A stretch of DNA of 64,000 nt from Perna viridis (Eukaryota), in the NCBI GenBank assembly GCA_037379345.1, contig CM074523.1, forward strand, positions 9,351,507 through 9,415,506. The letters run 5' to 3'. The position numbers were made by a program, and so were the translations under genes. Shown piece by piece: positions 23,215 through 35,542 of this stretch (position 1 is the first letter of the stretch; every line of letters starts with the position of its first letter). Below the pieces are notes generated by a model. It was not told the DNA's origin. It did no database searches and saw only the letters and a list, made by a program, of their open reading frames with translations.

Positions 23215-26200
23215 CTAAAAATAGAATAAAAGAATGATTCAGGGTATTTTTTTAAAAAGTATCAATTTTCCTTCTACACACTGACACAGTGATGGCATTC
23301 TAAATCAACATAGAATTCTGACAATGTTGCTGTTTCCTTATTGACATATCACTGTGAGTCATAGTGAGCCAAAGTGTTTCATGTCACTGAAACAGGTAAT
23401 GAAGAACACAGGCGAAACAAGCTTCCAGATGATAATGATGAGGGGGAGGGGTGAATATTCAACAAGATACATCTAAATTAAAAAATTATGATACCAATAG
23501 TTGTTGCACCAATATCTGTAACATTCTCTTTTCAGTACACTTAAATATCCCTTTTTGAAATTATGTTACCCTTATATGATAATACATGTATTAGGATATT
23601 CACTGAAACATAAGATCTGGTTGTAAACCTGCAAGTTAATGTTTCTTAAACCCCTCTTTTTTATGATACTCAACAATTTTGCTACAATACATGACCCCTT
23701 CTTCTTTTTTGGTATACACCATTTTGAATTGACCTTTCTTATGTTTCTATAATGGAATAAAAAACATAAAATTTGCAAGTAAACCTTCGAAATAAGGCAT
23801 TTCTGTCAACTTATGATTGTTCCAAATACAAACTTTTTCAAATATTTGGTCAGAAAAGGAGGATCGCTAAACTGTGTACTTTTCACAACTAGTAATAAAA
23901 CTAATACAGTTTCCATTTTTTTAAAGGTTGATAACTTTTGATAAAAAAGTTCATTTCATACAAAAACACCTGTCATTCAGGATCAATCAATTTGTAACTT
24001 TTTTTTACATCAACAGATTTTACAGGCTCCTCTAAAACAATTTACAATTTGTTTACATTAAACTGAGGTGCAGATGGCTATGGCAGTGGGATTTCAGTTC
24101 TTGAAGACATGAAAATAAACCATGGTTAACCACACAAATAATATAATACATGTATTTATTGTATTAATAGTGTCTTAATCAGATGGTAAATATAATGTGA
24201 TCTTAGATTATTTCAACTTGGGTGCATTTTGAACATGGTGCCAAAAATCGCAGTTAATTACACAAGTTATAGAGTGAAAGCTGAATGTTATATAATGTGA
24301 ATGCACCAATGTAACTTCCATTTGCTTCCGATGGTTGGTACCTTGATGATCAGCAAATAGAAAAAATTCAGTAATTACAATAAATAATCCTCCAAAATCT
24401 TCAGTAGATGTATGTAAATCAAGATTATATAATTCAGAAAATAACATTCAGCACATTTGGATCATAAACAAAACATGAAATCTTGATAAGATATAATTTC
24501 TGAAAGAGACGTATTCAGCAAGTGGTTGGGTGACAGTGAATATTTCTGATTGAGGCACCCCCCCCCCATTTTTAAATGGTCATTATCTATACTAAAAAGT
24601 CAGGGGCTATCAGTTAGGACTTCAGTTGGGGCATAAATATAATTAAAGTCTGAGCCAAGCAATTGAAGAAAATGTAGATTGGTAAAATTTTGGGGGAATG
24701 GATAGTTGTATAAAAATTATTATAAAAAGAATAGGTACGGTGTATAAGTCAGAGACAACAACCCCACCAAGACGAAATGTCAGCCCAAGGCCATCCACTA
24801 GTCTTCAATGATGAGGAAACTGCCATACCACAAAGCAGGTTGCAAGGCTGTTCCCTATCAATTTGTGCCTGACAGTTTACATCAAAATATACTGATAGCT
24901 ACAAGATACAATTAGATTGGTTTAGCATTTTGCTTACACTTGAAATCACAACATAAAGAATGGTCTTCTTATAGCGCTAGATAATCCTCCCACAAACACA
25001 TATTCTTAAGCTATCATGTTCAATGACAAGTTTTGCAGATATTATATGCTAGCATAAAAATAGCTACTTGAAAATCTTACCCTGACAAAATCAACAGAAT
25101 TTATCCACATTTACATCAACAAAACACCATCTTTAACACACCTTATCATGAAACTACCGGTACTTAAAATTTTACTTTTAGTTTCAGTCAACCATGAACA
25201 ATTTAAAATCACATCAAGTGTAAAATGTGCATTATGATTCATAGATAATTATAGCCTGAGATGTTCACCTTGATATCAAACCAAAACACGAAATCATCAC
25301 TGCCCTACCAAACAAAGAAATAACCTGAAGCAACAAAAACCATTCAGTCTGCTATTAATCTGTAGAAAATGTGTCACATCTGCATCTCAAATCGAAATGG
25401 TTTAATTAACTTATGTGTGGGAAAATTATGAAAATTTGCTATCAAAGGATTGGAAGATATACATACAAGTGTAACTCCAGGGAAACAACTCTTTTTACTA
25501 CCCTTAGTAACTCATGTAGAGTGAAAATACACAAAAGGTCTATAGAAGTCAAGTTAATTACTCCCTTGATGAGGTACAAATATCAAAACCAAGGTCCAAG
25601 ATTCTGAAATTGAATTTGTTTCTGATAAGGTAACACCATTTATTAAGGCCTGACAACTACTTAACTAAATAGTAACAAAAAGTCCATAGAACAAGGATGC
25701 CTAAATATCTATCTGTGGGTTGCCTTTATAAACAATAATTTGTTGTATATACGAAGGAATGTCACCAACTATGCTACTTGATTACAATGAAGGGTTCCCA
25801 AGTTTACATCACAAATCATGGGACAGAGTACAGTACAGACAGACAAACAGGAAATAGTATACCTAAGTGTGAGGGCATAACAATATATACATGAGCAAAA
25901 GGCATACGGTATGTAGCATTTTACAAATCAACCATCATAAAGTAACCTGAGACATCCATTCTATAGAATTAGGTTTATTAAAGTTACGGTAAAGGACGCT
26001 AATGTAATTCCAATATTCCCTATATGTCCCCTTGCCATCTGTCATATGCATTAAGCTTTAGAGTCTCAGTATTTCAAGATAGGATTGAAAAGGAAAAGTT
26101 CTACTGGATCCTAGAAAGTTAAATTTATTATTGATCTCACATGTACTGTAGATAAAATACATTCAAAATAAGCAGATTTCCCTATGTATTTATGGTGTTG

Positions 26201-27026
26201 CCAACAAGATCTTGCTATTACATATAGTTAGATTATGGTGACATGTACATCAAAGATCTATTCAACAACAAGCTTAATTCAACTATACCTGCAATAAGAG
26301 CCGGCCATTAACTCCTAAATAAAGGTATGCATGGCCAGATTAAGATATGAACCAGAACCAAATACACATAATCTTTTAATCCCTGTTTATAAACATCCAA
26401 TCAACACTTTAAACTCGGATATAAATCAATTACACATCTACTTAATTGTACAGTAGCCACCCTTTCCTATATAAGGGTGTTTATATTCCGATACAAAAGC
26501 AAACTCAATCTCTATTTTTAGAAACTCTATTCACTGCACAGAAGTAGGAATTTTACCCTAATGCGTACATATTGATTTATTGATAAGTCTCACTCAGTCA
26601 TATCAGTGAAGAAATGAATAGATCTGTCACTCTTGACTAATTACTCTAAAATTCTATAATTTCCTGTCCTTAAAATACTTCAATCTTGTCATTAGCTTTC
26701 AAATATTGTATCAGTGGTAAGGGCATTTCTACAGCAATGTGTTTTCCTAATTTACTCAGTGAAAAGCTGTCTTGTTCTAATATTCTGAAGCAAGATATGT
26801 GGAAGTTGCACATATTTACTATCTCTTATTACTTTAGTAGAAACTATACTTAGTCTAGTCCTCAATATAACCATCTAACCCATTCTATTTTTTCAATGTG
26901 GCATAATCCCTTCTGATTTTAAGAATCAGTTAATCACCATACAAAGAAAAAAGAGTTATGTCCCCTCATTAAAAAGGGGTTGTCTACCCTTAAAAAGAGC
27001 AGAAGCTTCGAAGATTTATTACTTAC

Positions 27027-27105
27027 TTCTGATTCTGTGGAAAGATCCCAGTAGGACTCCAAATATCCATCCAAACCAATTAGAAAACCAGTGAAATAAA
27101 CTCAT
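27027..27105 (-). CDS. SVIL: Candidate alternative first coding exon D: MSLFHWFSNWFGWIFGVLLGSFHRIR(S)
   Basis: gaatATGA context, 79 nt, donor GAA|gtaagt, phase 1; 26 open codons with a non-random hydrophobic/aromatic composition. Confidence 0.55.
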
Positions 27106-30100
27106 ATTCAAATCCAGATAATGCAAGGACACTTTATATTCAAAGGTATGGCTAATTGTAAGGGTTTAGACTCTTCTGATGTCTAACTAATACAACATTA
27201 AAATTCAAGTGTATTTCACAAGCCACACTCAACCATAAATGATAGTTTCACTTTTAAAGTCAAGCTTCCAACAAACAATGTACATCATTATACTCTAGTT
27301 AAACATCTATCCTGAACAGCAGTCCACTAATTAGAATTAAAAAAGTAAAAAAACTCACAATAGTGAAATCAAAATAGTGCCAAATAATATATATCTTAAC
27401 AGAAATGAACAGAATATAGTTTGAAATCTGAATTTAAAAATGAAATTTGACACCAAGAAAAATCAATTATACTAATTTGCCAACTCTCCCAAAAAATTTA
27501 GAAATATTGCTTTAAATCTAACAAAACTGTATACATAACAATACATATAATATACGTTAACTTCAGATGCAGTGGGTTAAAAAATTTCAATATTCTTTGT
27601 AAACTATTTTCAAGCATTCATATATACAAAAGAATTGGACCAAAAAAGTTTCAAGTATCCAATTTTATGTATAAAGCTGTAGTTTGTCCAGGTGACATGA
27701 AAATAAATATTGTCAAAAGTTTCACAGCATTGATATGTCACCAAAATCATAAATTACATATCACATAATTTCTATACACATCCTCCACTGATGAAAAACA
27801 AGTATTCCTGTATTTCCAGAAAGATTGAGCTACATGAAATGAATCCTTTAGGTTTAGATATTAAGACATGGCAAGAATGCCTAGGTAAAATATCTCTTCA
27901 TTCCAATACAGATTTTGGAGGAAGATCAATATAAAGTTTTCTACATTCCAAAATTATTCAAACATTTCATCCAAGGCATTACTTCTGCTTGAGATACATC
28001 AATCGGATATTGCTTTGAATGGTGTCTTCATTATAATGATAAATCCTAAAACAATTTCCTTCCCTGTGTATATATTGAAATGATGAGAATATTTTTGTCT
28101 TGGTTGCAGTGTAATTCTTGGTTTGTATTTACAAAGATAGTTCCTTGGGAAAGTCATGATTGTTGCAAATCTTAATGATACGTTGGTTCAATTAATTTGG
28201 TCATAATTTCCTTGCTAATCTAAACATTTATATAGCATGGTTATTACAATGTTGTGACATAATAGCAATATTACAGTTAACCAAAAAACTAACTATCAGA
28301 TAACAAATCCCCAAAATCCTGAAAACATTCAAAGTTGTAATAATATAAAAAGCATGGTAACCATGGAAACAAGAGGTCCAAAAGTACATAAACAGCCTTA
28401 TGTGCAATATTTAAGTTCTTAATCCTATAGAGCACTAATTGGTTGAGAAATCACTTTCCTAATTCCATGTATAAATCCTATAATGTAACACTGTGACCAA
28501 TATATACATATTTAGTAAGTAGATCATTAAACTTCTAAAACCATTGAATAGTCCTCTCCAGTCAAAGTTCCTAAACTATTAAAAGTTCTATGGATAAATA
28601 CTTTGTTGTATACTCCCTATTAAAGGTATAATGTCCCAAGAAATATGCATAAAAAGGAAGAAAGAAAAGTATTAATCTGCTTAATGTGAATTCTTCCATG
28701 TATTTGTGTCACATTTCAAACTCCATGTCCAGAGAAATAAAGCTACCATAAACATTCTGTAAATGTCACAACTTGAACAATTTTCCAGAATTCACCAATG
28801 TCATAATAAATAATATGCTTCTTTTATATCTTCCATGTATGTTTCACATCTCTGTAAGATCCTCTAATTACCAACCACTTTGTAAGTATAACCATTTTAT
28901 TATATTTGTACATCTATATGGTTTGTTAATGGGTAAAACAGATCATCTAAACATTGTTTGTAGCTTTATTTATGATCATAGGTCATCAACACCTTAATGT
29001 GTCCAAAATAAACTCCTCACTACCTTCAATTAAATGATCAAGATAGTTATCAAGGGAGATAATCAGTTTGTATATCAAAAAGTTTGTTCCCTTGTTCTGT
29101 TGTTTGTAAACACTAAATTTAGGTCACAATTCACTTTTGTTGAAGTTATAACAGTGTATTTTCTCCACGAAGGGTATACTATCACTCTCCTCAACAAACT
29201 ATATATTAAAAGAGTATTGATCAGTATAGGCTTTTCTGTTTTGTCTTCTCCTTTTCCTCCTATGAACTGACCAATGAGATGCCTTGATTACTTTTCTTCC
29301 TATGAATTGACCAATGAGATTCCTTGTTTCCTCCTGCGATTTGACCAAATTTCTCAAATACCAAAGTGAGGTTACAATTTTGTTTAAAGAGTAGTGACCA
29401 CTAAGGGCACAAATGAAATCAGGATAGTTTAATCAATCTTATTGGTAATACAGAAACCCAAAGGTTATAAAAATGTATATTGTGAAAATTAACAAAAGTG
29501 ATTTCCACTTCTCTACCTCTGATACTCAGTCACTCATAAGCAAAGCAAATATTAAAATGTTATGCATTTACATACTTTTTTTAATGTATAACAATCACTG
29601 GGTGATTTAAACAATAAATGAATAAATTTGGTTCAGAAAAAATAAATTCTGTTTCATTTTAATACACCAATATTAAAATGATCATAAACTAGTATATATC
29701 AGGTAGCCCACAAAACTGTTCAATGAACAACAAACTCTATTGGTAAACAGTGTATTCCATTAATTGAAAAATTTATTCCATTCAGTGAATCATGAACAAT
29801 TTATTCTATTCAATGAATAATGAACAGTGTATTCCAATAGTTGATTTGAACCCAAATTTTCCAAGAATTTGTTATATATATTAAAGAGAAATACAGTGGA
29901 ATGAAACTTTGTTAAAATCCAATAATAAAATTCAGTATAATAAAGTGCCCTCAATTTGTCAAAATTATCTTACACACGACAAACATGAATGACTGTAGCC
30001 CTTCAGGGTGAAAAACAATTTTCATATAAAAAATATAAAAAAGTAAGTTGTTCAAAAATGTACCTCCTCTAACCAAAGCATATCAAGGTTAGATAAAACA

Positions 30101-32697
30101 GCAGTGTGGCAGCTGCTTTGAAATTCAACATCAAAGTCTGAATTAGGTACATGTACAAAATGTAGTAATTCTACTCTCAAGACATATGGTAGAAAGGATT
30201 AAGTACAAGACAAAACATACTATATCTATAACCACTGTACTTGTATTACATTGTATTTGCTAAAACATCCTCCATTATTAAACCAAAAATATTTTAAAGT
30301 CTTTAAAAAACACTGGAAACCATTTCATATTTTAGATTTAAATGCATAATGTACAACTGAAACTAATGGTATACATACATACATACTTCTGAAGTATAAA
30401 TGTAGCAAATAATTGCTTACTGTTGCTTTAATTTATTGTCCAAACATATTTGAGTTATCTCCCATTAAGAAAAAAAATAAACTTAATGAAGACAATTAAC
30501 CAACACCACAAAAAAATGCACACTGTATTCAATACCACTCAACAAAACTAATTAAACAACTGAGAATGCCTTATTTTCGTTCAAAATACTGGAATTTACA
30601 TACAGTTGTGTAAAATGAGATATATTCAGGCTAATCCTAGGCAATCCCATTATATACCCTTAAATATAACTGGTTCTAAAAATCATGCAGGCAACTATAC
30701 AAAGATACCATATTGTACAAGCACATGAACTATTGATTTCAGTTAAAATTTACATTTTTTGATATGCTTGTTATGAAAGGAAAATTGTGATCATATCTCT
30801 GCTATGGACTGCTGACCAAAGATGTTTGATAAAGACTAAAAATGGCCAGGAAAAGGGATTTTGTTTGACAATTCTAGACTGAAACAGTCAACAGACCAGA
30901 AACAACCATTGCCTACTACATGTAGTTCAATGGTATAAATTGGTGTGATACCTGATTTTCCAAAAACTTGCTGACAAGTTGTTTAATGCTTTTGCCAGAC
31001 TGCAGAATAGTCTGTGAAAAGTAGCTTGCTTACCCAATACATTTTTTATAGATAGCTAACACTGTGCCCTAAAATGACCCATCATACAGAGATTTTAAAT
31101 GAGAAATTAACTTTTTGTAGACACACTAGCAAGAATTGTTTTGTAACAAAAATGGCTATGTCTACTTTTGAAACTGTTAAATGAAGGGAGATAATCCTAA
31201 TAAATGTAACATGAACATTTTCTGCTTTCTGTTTCTTCAAAAACTAACATACTTGCTTTATTACAAATATATTAATACTCATACAAACAAATTAAATCCT
31301 ATGTGTCATTTTAAAATATGCATCATTATTATTTCATAGCTTGCCTAATTCTTATAAGGATTTGTACTTAAATAATACACCCTATTGTTATAACAGATAC
31401 AAACATGGCCTATTGCCAGACTTCTTCCCCTCACCTTATGTAACAGAATGGGTCATGAACTTTTATATGAAAGGGGAAATATGGGTATTTAAACCTGTAT
31501 GATAATTCATTTTTACTTAAGTAGCAGTCTTTCTAAATATCAGAAAGGCGGGATTCGTGCATTACAAAATACCACTAATTCACATTTATTTCTTATATTC
31601 AGAAACATCCACAGACCTTACAGTTTTAGTTACACATTTGGTTGTTGCACTTTTGAGATAAAAATTAAATAAATTGTACATGAAGACAGACACCATTTAT
31701 GCAAGAGTTATCTTTCTTAATTTAGTTGATTTAAGTGGGAGATAAATGCATAGTTTTTCTCAAAAATGCATATCTGTAAGTAGAAAGGACTTTAGTAAAT
31801 TGTACAATAATGTGGTGTATGTAGATTGAAAAAGCATTGTGTGTTCAGTAATTTTTAAATACTGCACCATGAATCACCTATACCATTAGCAGTGCCTGAA
31901 TTCTATATAGACTAGTACTTAATAGGAAAAATATGTAAATTTGGATGTTTACAAACATTACCTTTGATTACATGACAGTCTGCTTTATTTAATCTTGAAA
32001 TCCATTACAAAAGAAAACATGTAATTGTCTACCTTAAACTGGTGATATTATTGCAATATGTTTTTACCAGGACAAAAAATGCAATAGAGTATTTATTGCA
32101 ATTATTAAACTAGGTATGTTTTCAATAATTGTTATGAATGAAGAAGGTTTTTCTCTGCATCAATATAATTAGATTTCAATTTTGGTTTAATGGTCTTTTA
32201 TAAAAATAACAAAATTAGATAGATTGTTGTAATAAATACAGGTAATAATTTCTGATTATATTTCATGGCAATCAAGGGAAACAGATCTTGAAAGTTACAC
32301 TTGAGAAATGAGTTGGGAATAGAAAAAATTTACATTATAAGATATACTTCAGTAAAAACTAGAAATAATCTAAGCAAAGCTAAATATGTGGTTCATATAC
32401 TAACCCCTCCCCTCCTCTGAAACCTAAAAGAAAGCACAGTCATTCAGATGGAAAAATAAAGTAGAAGATGCACCATGTGATGAACATCAATTTTGTGAGT
32501 CCATTCAGTGGTTAAAGAGAAGACATGGTTAAGAAGATCCCCCCTTTCTCTGTGGTAATTCTGAATGTCTGTCCATGTATTGCATCAGGTAACACCAAAA
32601 GTCATACACAATGGCATCGTGTGATAAAGAAATTATAAAAGTTTCATCCAATTCCATTAAGCAGTTTAAGAGGAGATTCAGATAAGAGGATTAAAGG

Positions 32698-33824
32698 AGG
32701 TCCCTCCTCGGTCAGGGAAGATAGTCCATGTCTAGCATCAGGAAAGGTCTCTCCTCGGTCAGGGAATATAGTCCATGTCTAGCATCAGGAAAGGTCCCTC
32801 CTCGGTCAGAGAATATAGTCCATGTCTAGCATCAGGAAAGGTCTCTCCTCGGTCAGGGAATACAGTCCATGTCTAGCATCAGGAAAGGTCCCTCCTCATT
32901 CAGGGAATATAGTCCATGTCTAGCATCAGGAAAGGTCCCTCCTCGGTCAGGGAATATAGTCCATGTCTAGCATCAGGAAAGGTCCCTCCTCATTCAGGGA
33001 ATATAGTCCATGTCTAGCATCAGGAAAGGTCTCTCCTCGGTCAGGGAAGATAGTCCATGTCTTGCAACAGGAAAGGTCCGTCCTCGGTCAGAGAATATAG
33101 TCCATGTCTAGCATCAGGAAAGGTCCCTCCTCATTCAGGGAATATAGTCGATGTCTTGCCACAGGAAAGGTCTCTCCTCGGTCAGGGAATATAGTCCATG
33201 TCTAGCATCAGGAAAGGTCCCTCCTCGGTCAGGGAAGATAGTCCATGTCTAGCATCAGGAAAGGTCTCTCCTCGGTCAGGGAATATAGTCCATGTCTAGC
33301 ATCAGGAAAGGTCCCTCCTCGGTCAGGGAATATAGTCCATGTCTAGCATCAGGAAAGGTCCCTCCTCATTCAGGGAATATAGTCCATGTCTAGCATCAGG
33401 AAAGGTCCCTCCTCGGTCAGGGAATATAGTCCATGTCTAGCATCAGGAAAGGTCCCTCCTCGTTCAGGGAATATAGTCCATGTCTAGCATCAGGAAATGT
33501 CTCTCCTCGGTCAGGGAAGATAGTCCATGTCTTGCAACAGGAAAGGTCCCTCCTCGGTCAGAGAATATAGTCCATGTCTAGCATCAGGAAAGGTCCCTCC
33601 TCATTCAGGGAATATAGTCGATGTCTTGCCACAGGAAAGGTCTCTCCTCGGTCAGGGAATATAGTCCAAGTCTAGCATCAGGAAAGGTCCCTCCTCGGTC
33701 AGGGAATATAGTCCCTGTCTAGCATCAGGAAAGGTCTCTTCTCGGTCAGGGAAGGTAGTCCATGTCTAGCATCAGGAAAGGTCTCTTCTCGGTCAGGGAA
33801 TATAGTCCATGTCTAGCATCAGGA
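32698..33824. repeat. 47-bp minisatellite, about 24 units, with a 10-unit (470-bp) higher-order repeat
   Basis: Unit aggaaaggtc(c/t)ctcctcggtcagggaatatagtccatgtctagcatc; no spacers. Confidence 0.95.
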
Positions 33825-34497
33825 ATCCTAGGAAGTCATTCAAAACCTGTCTAAAAAGAACACTTCTTGAAATCCCTTCATATCAATTTCAAGGTATTTT
33901 TAACCTGGGTAAACAGAATGCATGTCTATAACAAAGAAATTCTATAGTCCCAGAAGGGTTCACTTTAGTCACTTGTTTCAGAGTTAGAAATAGTAGCATG
34001 CCCGCCAACCCGAGACTGGTTATTTTTTGGCAGGGCTGGCTAATTTTAGCAAACTTTTATACAGCCATATAGTAAACATATAGAAAAATTGTATTCAGGA
34101 CTGGTTAGAGTTTGAAAGAGCTTCCTATCCTGCTTGTTCCACAAAAGCAACAAAAGATATATACTGGCAGGCCATTGGATAAAGCAATTTATATTAAAGC
34201 ATCAATAAAAGCAACTTTCCATGATAATCTCCCTTTGTTGGGATTTAAACAACTGGTCTAAAATTTCTTTCATTGCCAAGGCATAATAGGTATTTATTCA
34301 CGCAAAATTTGTCTCGGTTCACTCAGCTTGTATTATGAGTTTGATACGACATTCTTCAGTAAAAAAATATTTTCTGTAACTGAAGCTATATTTGTATTTA
34401 TAACAAAGGTTTAAGACACCCAAGTCGGGATGTATCTCACCTTTTAGTATCATATTCAACAGTTCATTTCAGGGAATGATAAGTAAGCAATAAAATA

Positions 34498-34681
34498 CAG
34501 TCAAACCTGTCATAAGTGACCATTAAAAAGAGAGCAAAATCATGGTCACGTAAGACGGGTGGTCATTATATACAGGTTATTTTACATAGAACGCACTTCA
34601 TAGGGATACTGGGTATTTAAATCATAGTCTCTTAAGACAGGTTATTGGTGAATACAGGTAGTCAATTCACAGGTTGGACTG
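34498..34681. mobile_element. pogo/Tigger-like MITE, TA TSD
   Basis: TA|CAGTCAAACCTG...CAGGTTGGACTG|TA. Confidence 0.75.
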
Positions 34682-35475
34682 TAATATGAACAGAAAATGA
34701 TCCATGTCATAGCTGAACATCTAAGTATGATACAGGGTTAACATCCATACTGAGAAAATAGCTGACATAACAAAATGTCAAATCAACCTTGATACCAGTG
34801 AGTTAAATACTAGACTTAAAAGTCATACTTGTCAAGTTTAAAGAATACATGCTTCAGTATGACCTTAAATTTGATAAAAAAATTCAGTACGACCTTAAAT
34901 TTGATAAAAGAATTCATTCACATAATCATTCGATATATATCTGCCGCTAGCTCAAACTTAAACATACAGTCCTAGTAACCTTCTTGTTTCTGTTTTTAGA
35001 TTTTTTTGTACAATTTTACATGCCCTTCATCTGCATATACACTATTGAAGTATGTGTTTAAATGCACAGTAGTTGAAGGGGACCCAATTGACACTGGTCA
35101 CAGATCTTGGACCCCCAATTTCTGATGCAGGATCATTGAAATGAATATTTGTCAACCTCAATAATTTTTTTTTCAGGTTGTGACATGAAAGTAAGAATCC
35201 TCTTCAATCATAAATTATATGCAAATATTTCAATTTGTATGATAGACAGCCTGGTTAATTAATCACTTGACAGAACAGTGCCTTTCAAAATGCTGTTGAA
35301 AAATAACTATATTAACTACAATCTATTGCTAACTTAAATTTGATTTTCATCAATGGTGACTCCTCTCCATAGCCACCCCTCCCCAGCCAGGTCAGCCCCA
35401 TTTAAAAGAAGAAAAAAAAAACAATGTCTGCTTTAATCAACTTTTCTAAGCAAATGAAGTAAAACAGTAACTTAC

Positions 35476-35542
35476 CATTACAATAGCCATTAAAAGATCC
35501 AACTTTTGAAAAATTGAATGTATACGTGGATCTGTAAACCAT
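35476..35542 (-). CDS. SVIL: Candidate alternative first coding exon C: MVYRSTYTFNFSKVGSFNGYCN(G)
   Basis: aaagacATGG Kozak context, 67 nt, donor ATG|gtaagt, phase 1. Confidence 0.5.

Noticed and set aside
25081-25110. ATG frame before donor AGG|gtaaga
   Set aside because: Phase 0, incompatible with exon 23214; the phase-1 frame contains a stop.
32698-33824. Regular array as a CRISPR locus
   Set aside because: Units are contiguous with no unique spacers, there are no cas genes, and the context is a eukaryotic intron; it is a minisatellite.
34441-34453. ATG ATA CTA AAA G|gtgaga as a fifth first exon
   Set aside because: Phase 1 but only four codons, next to a MITE; indistinguishable from chance.
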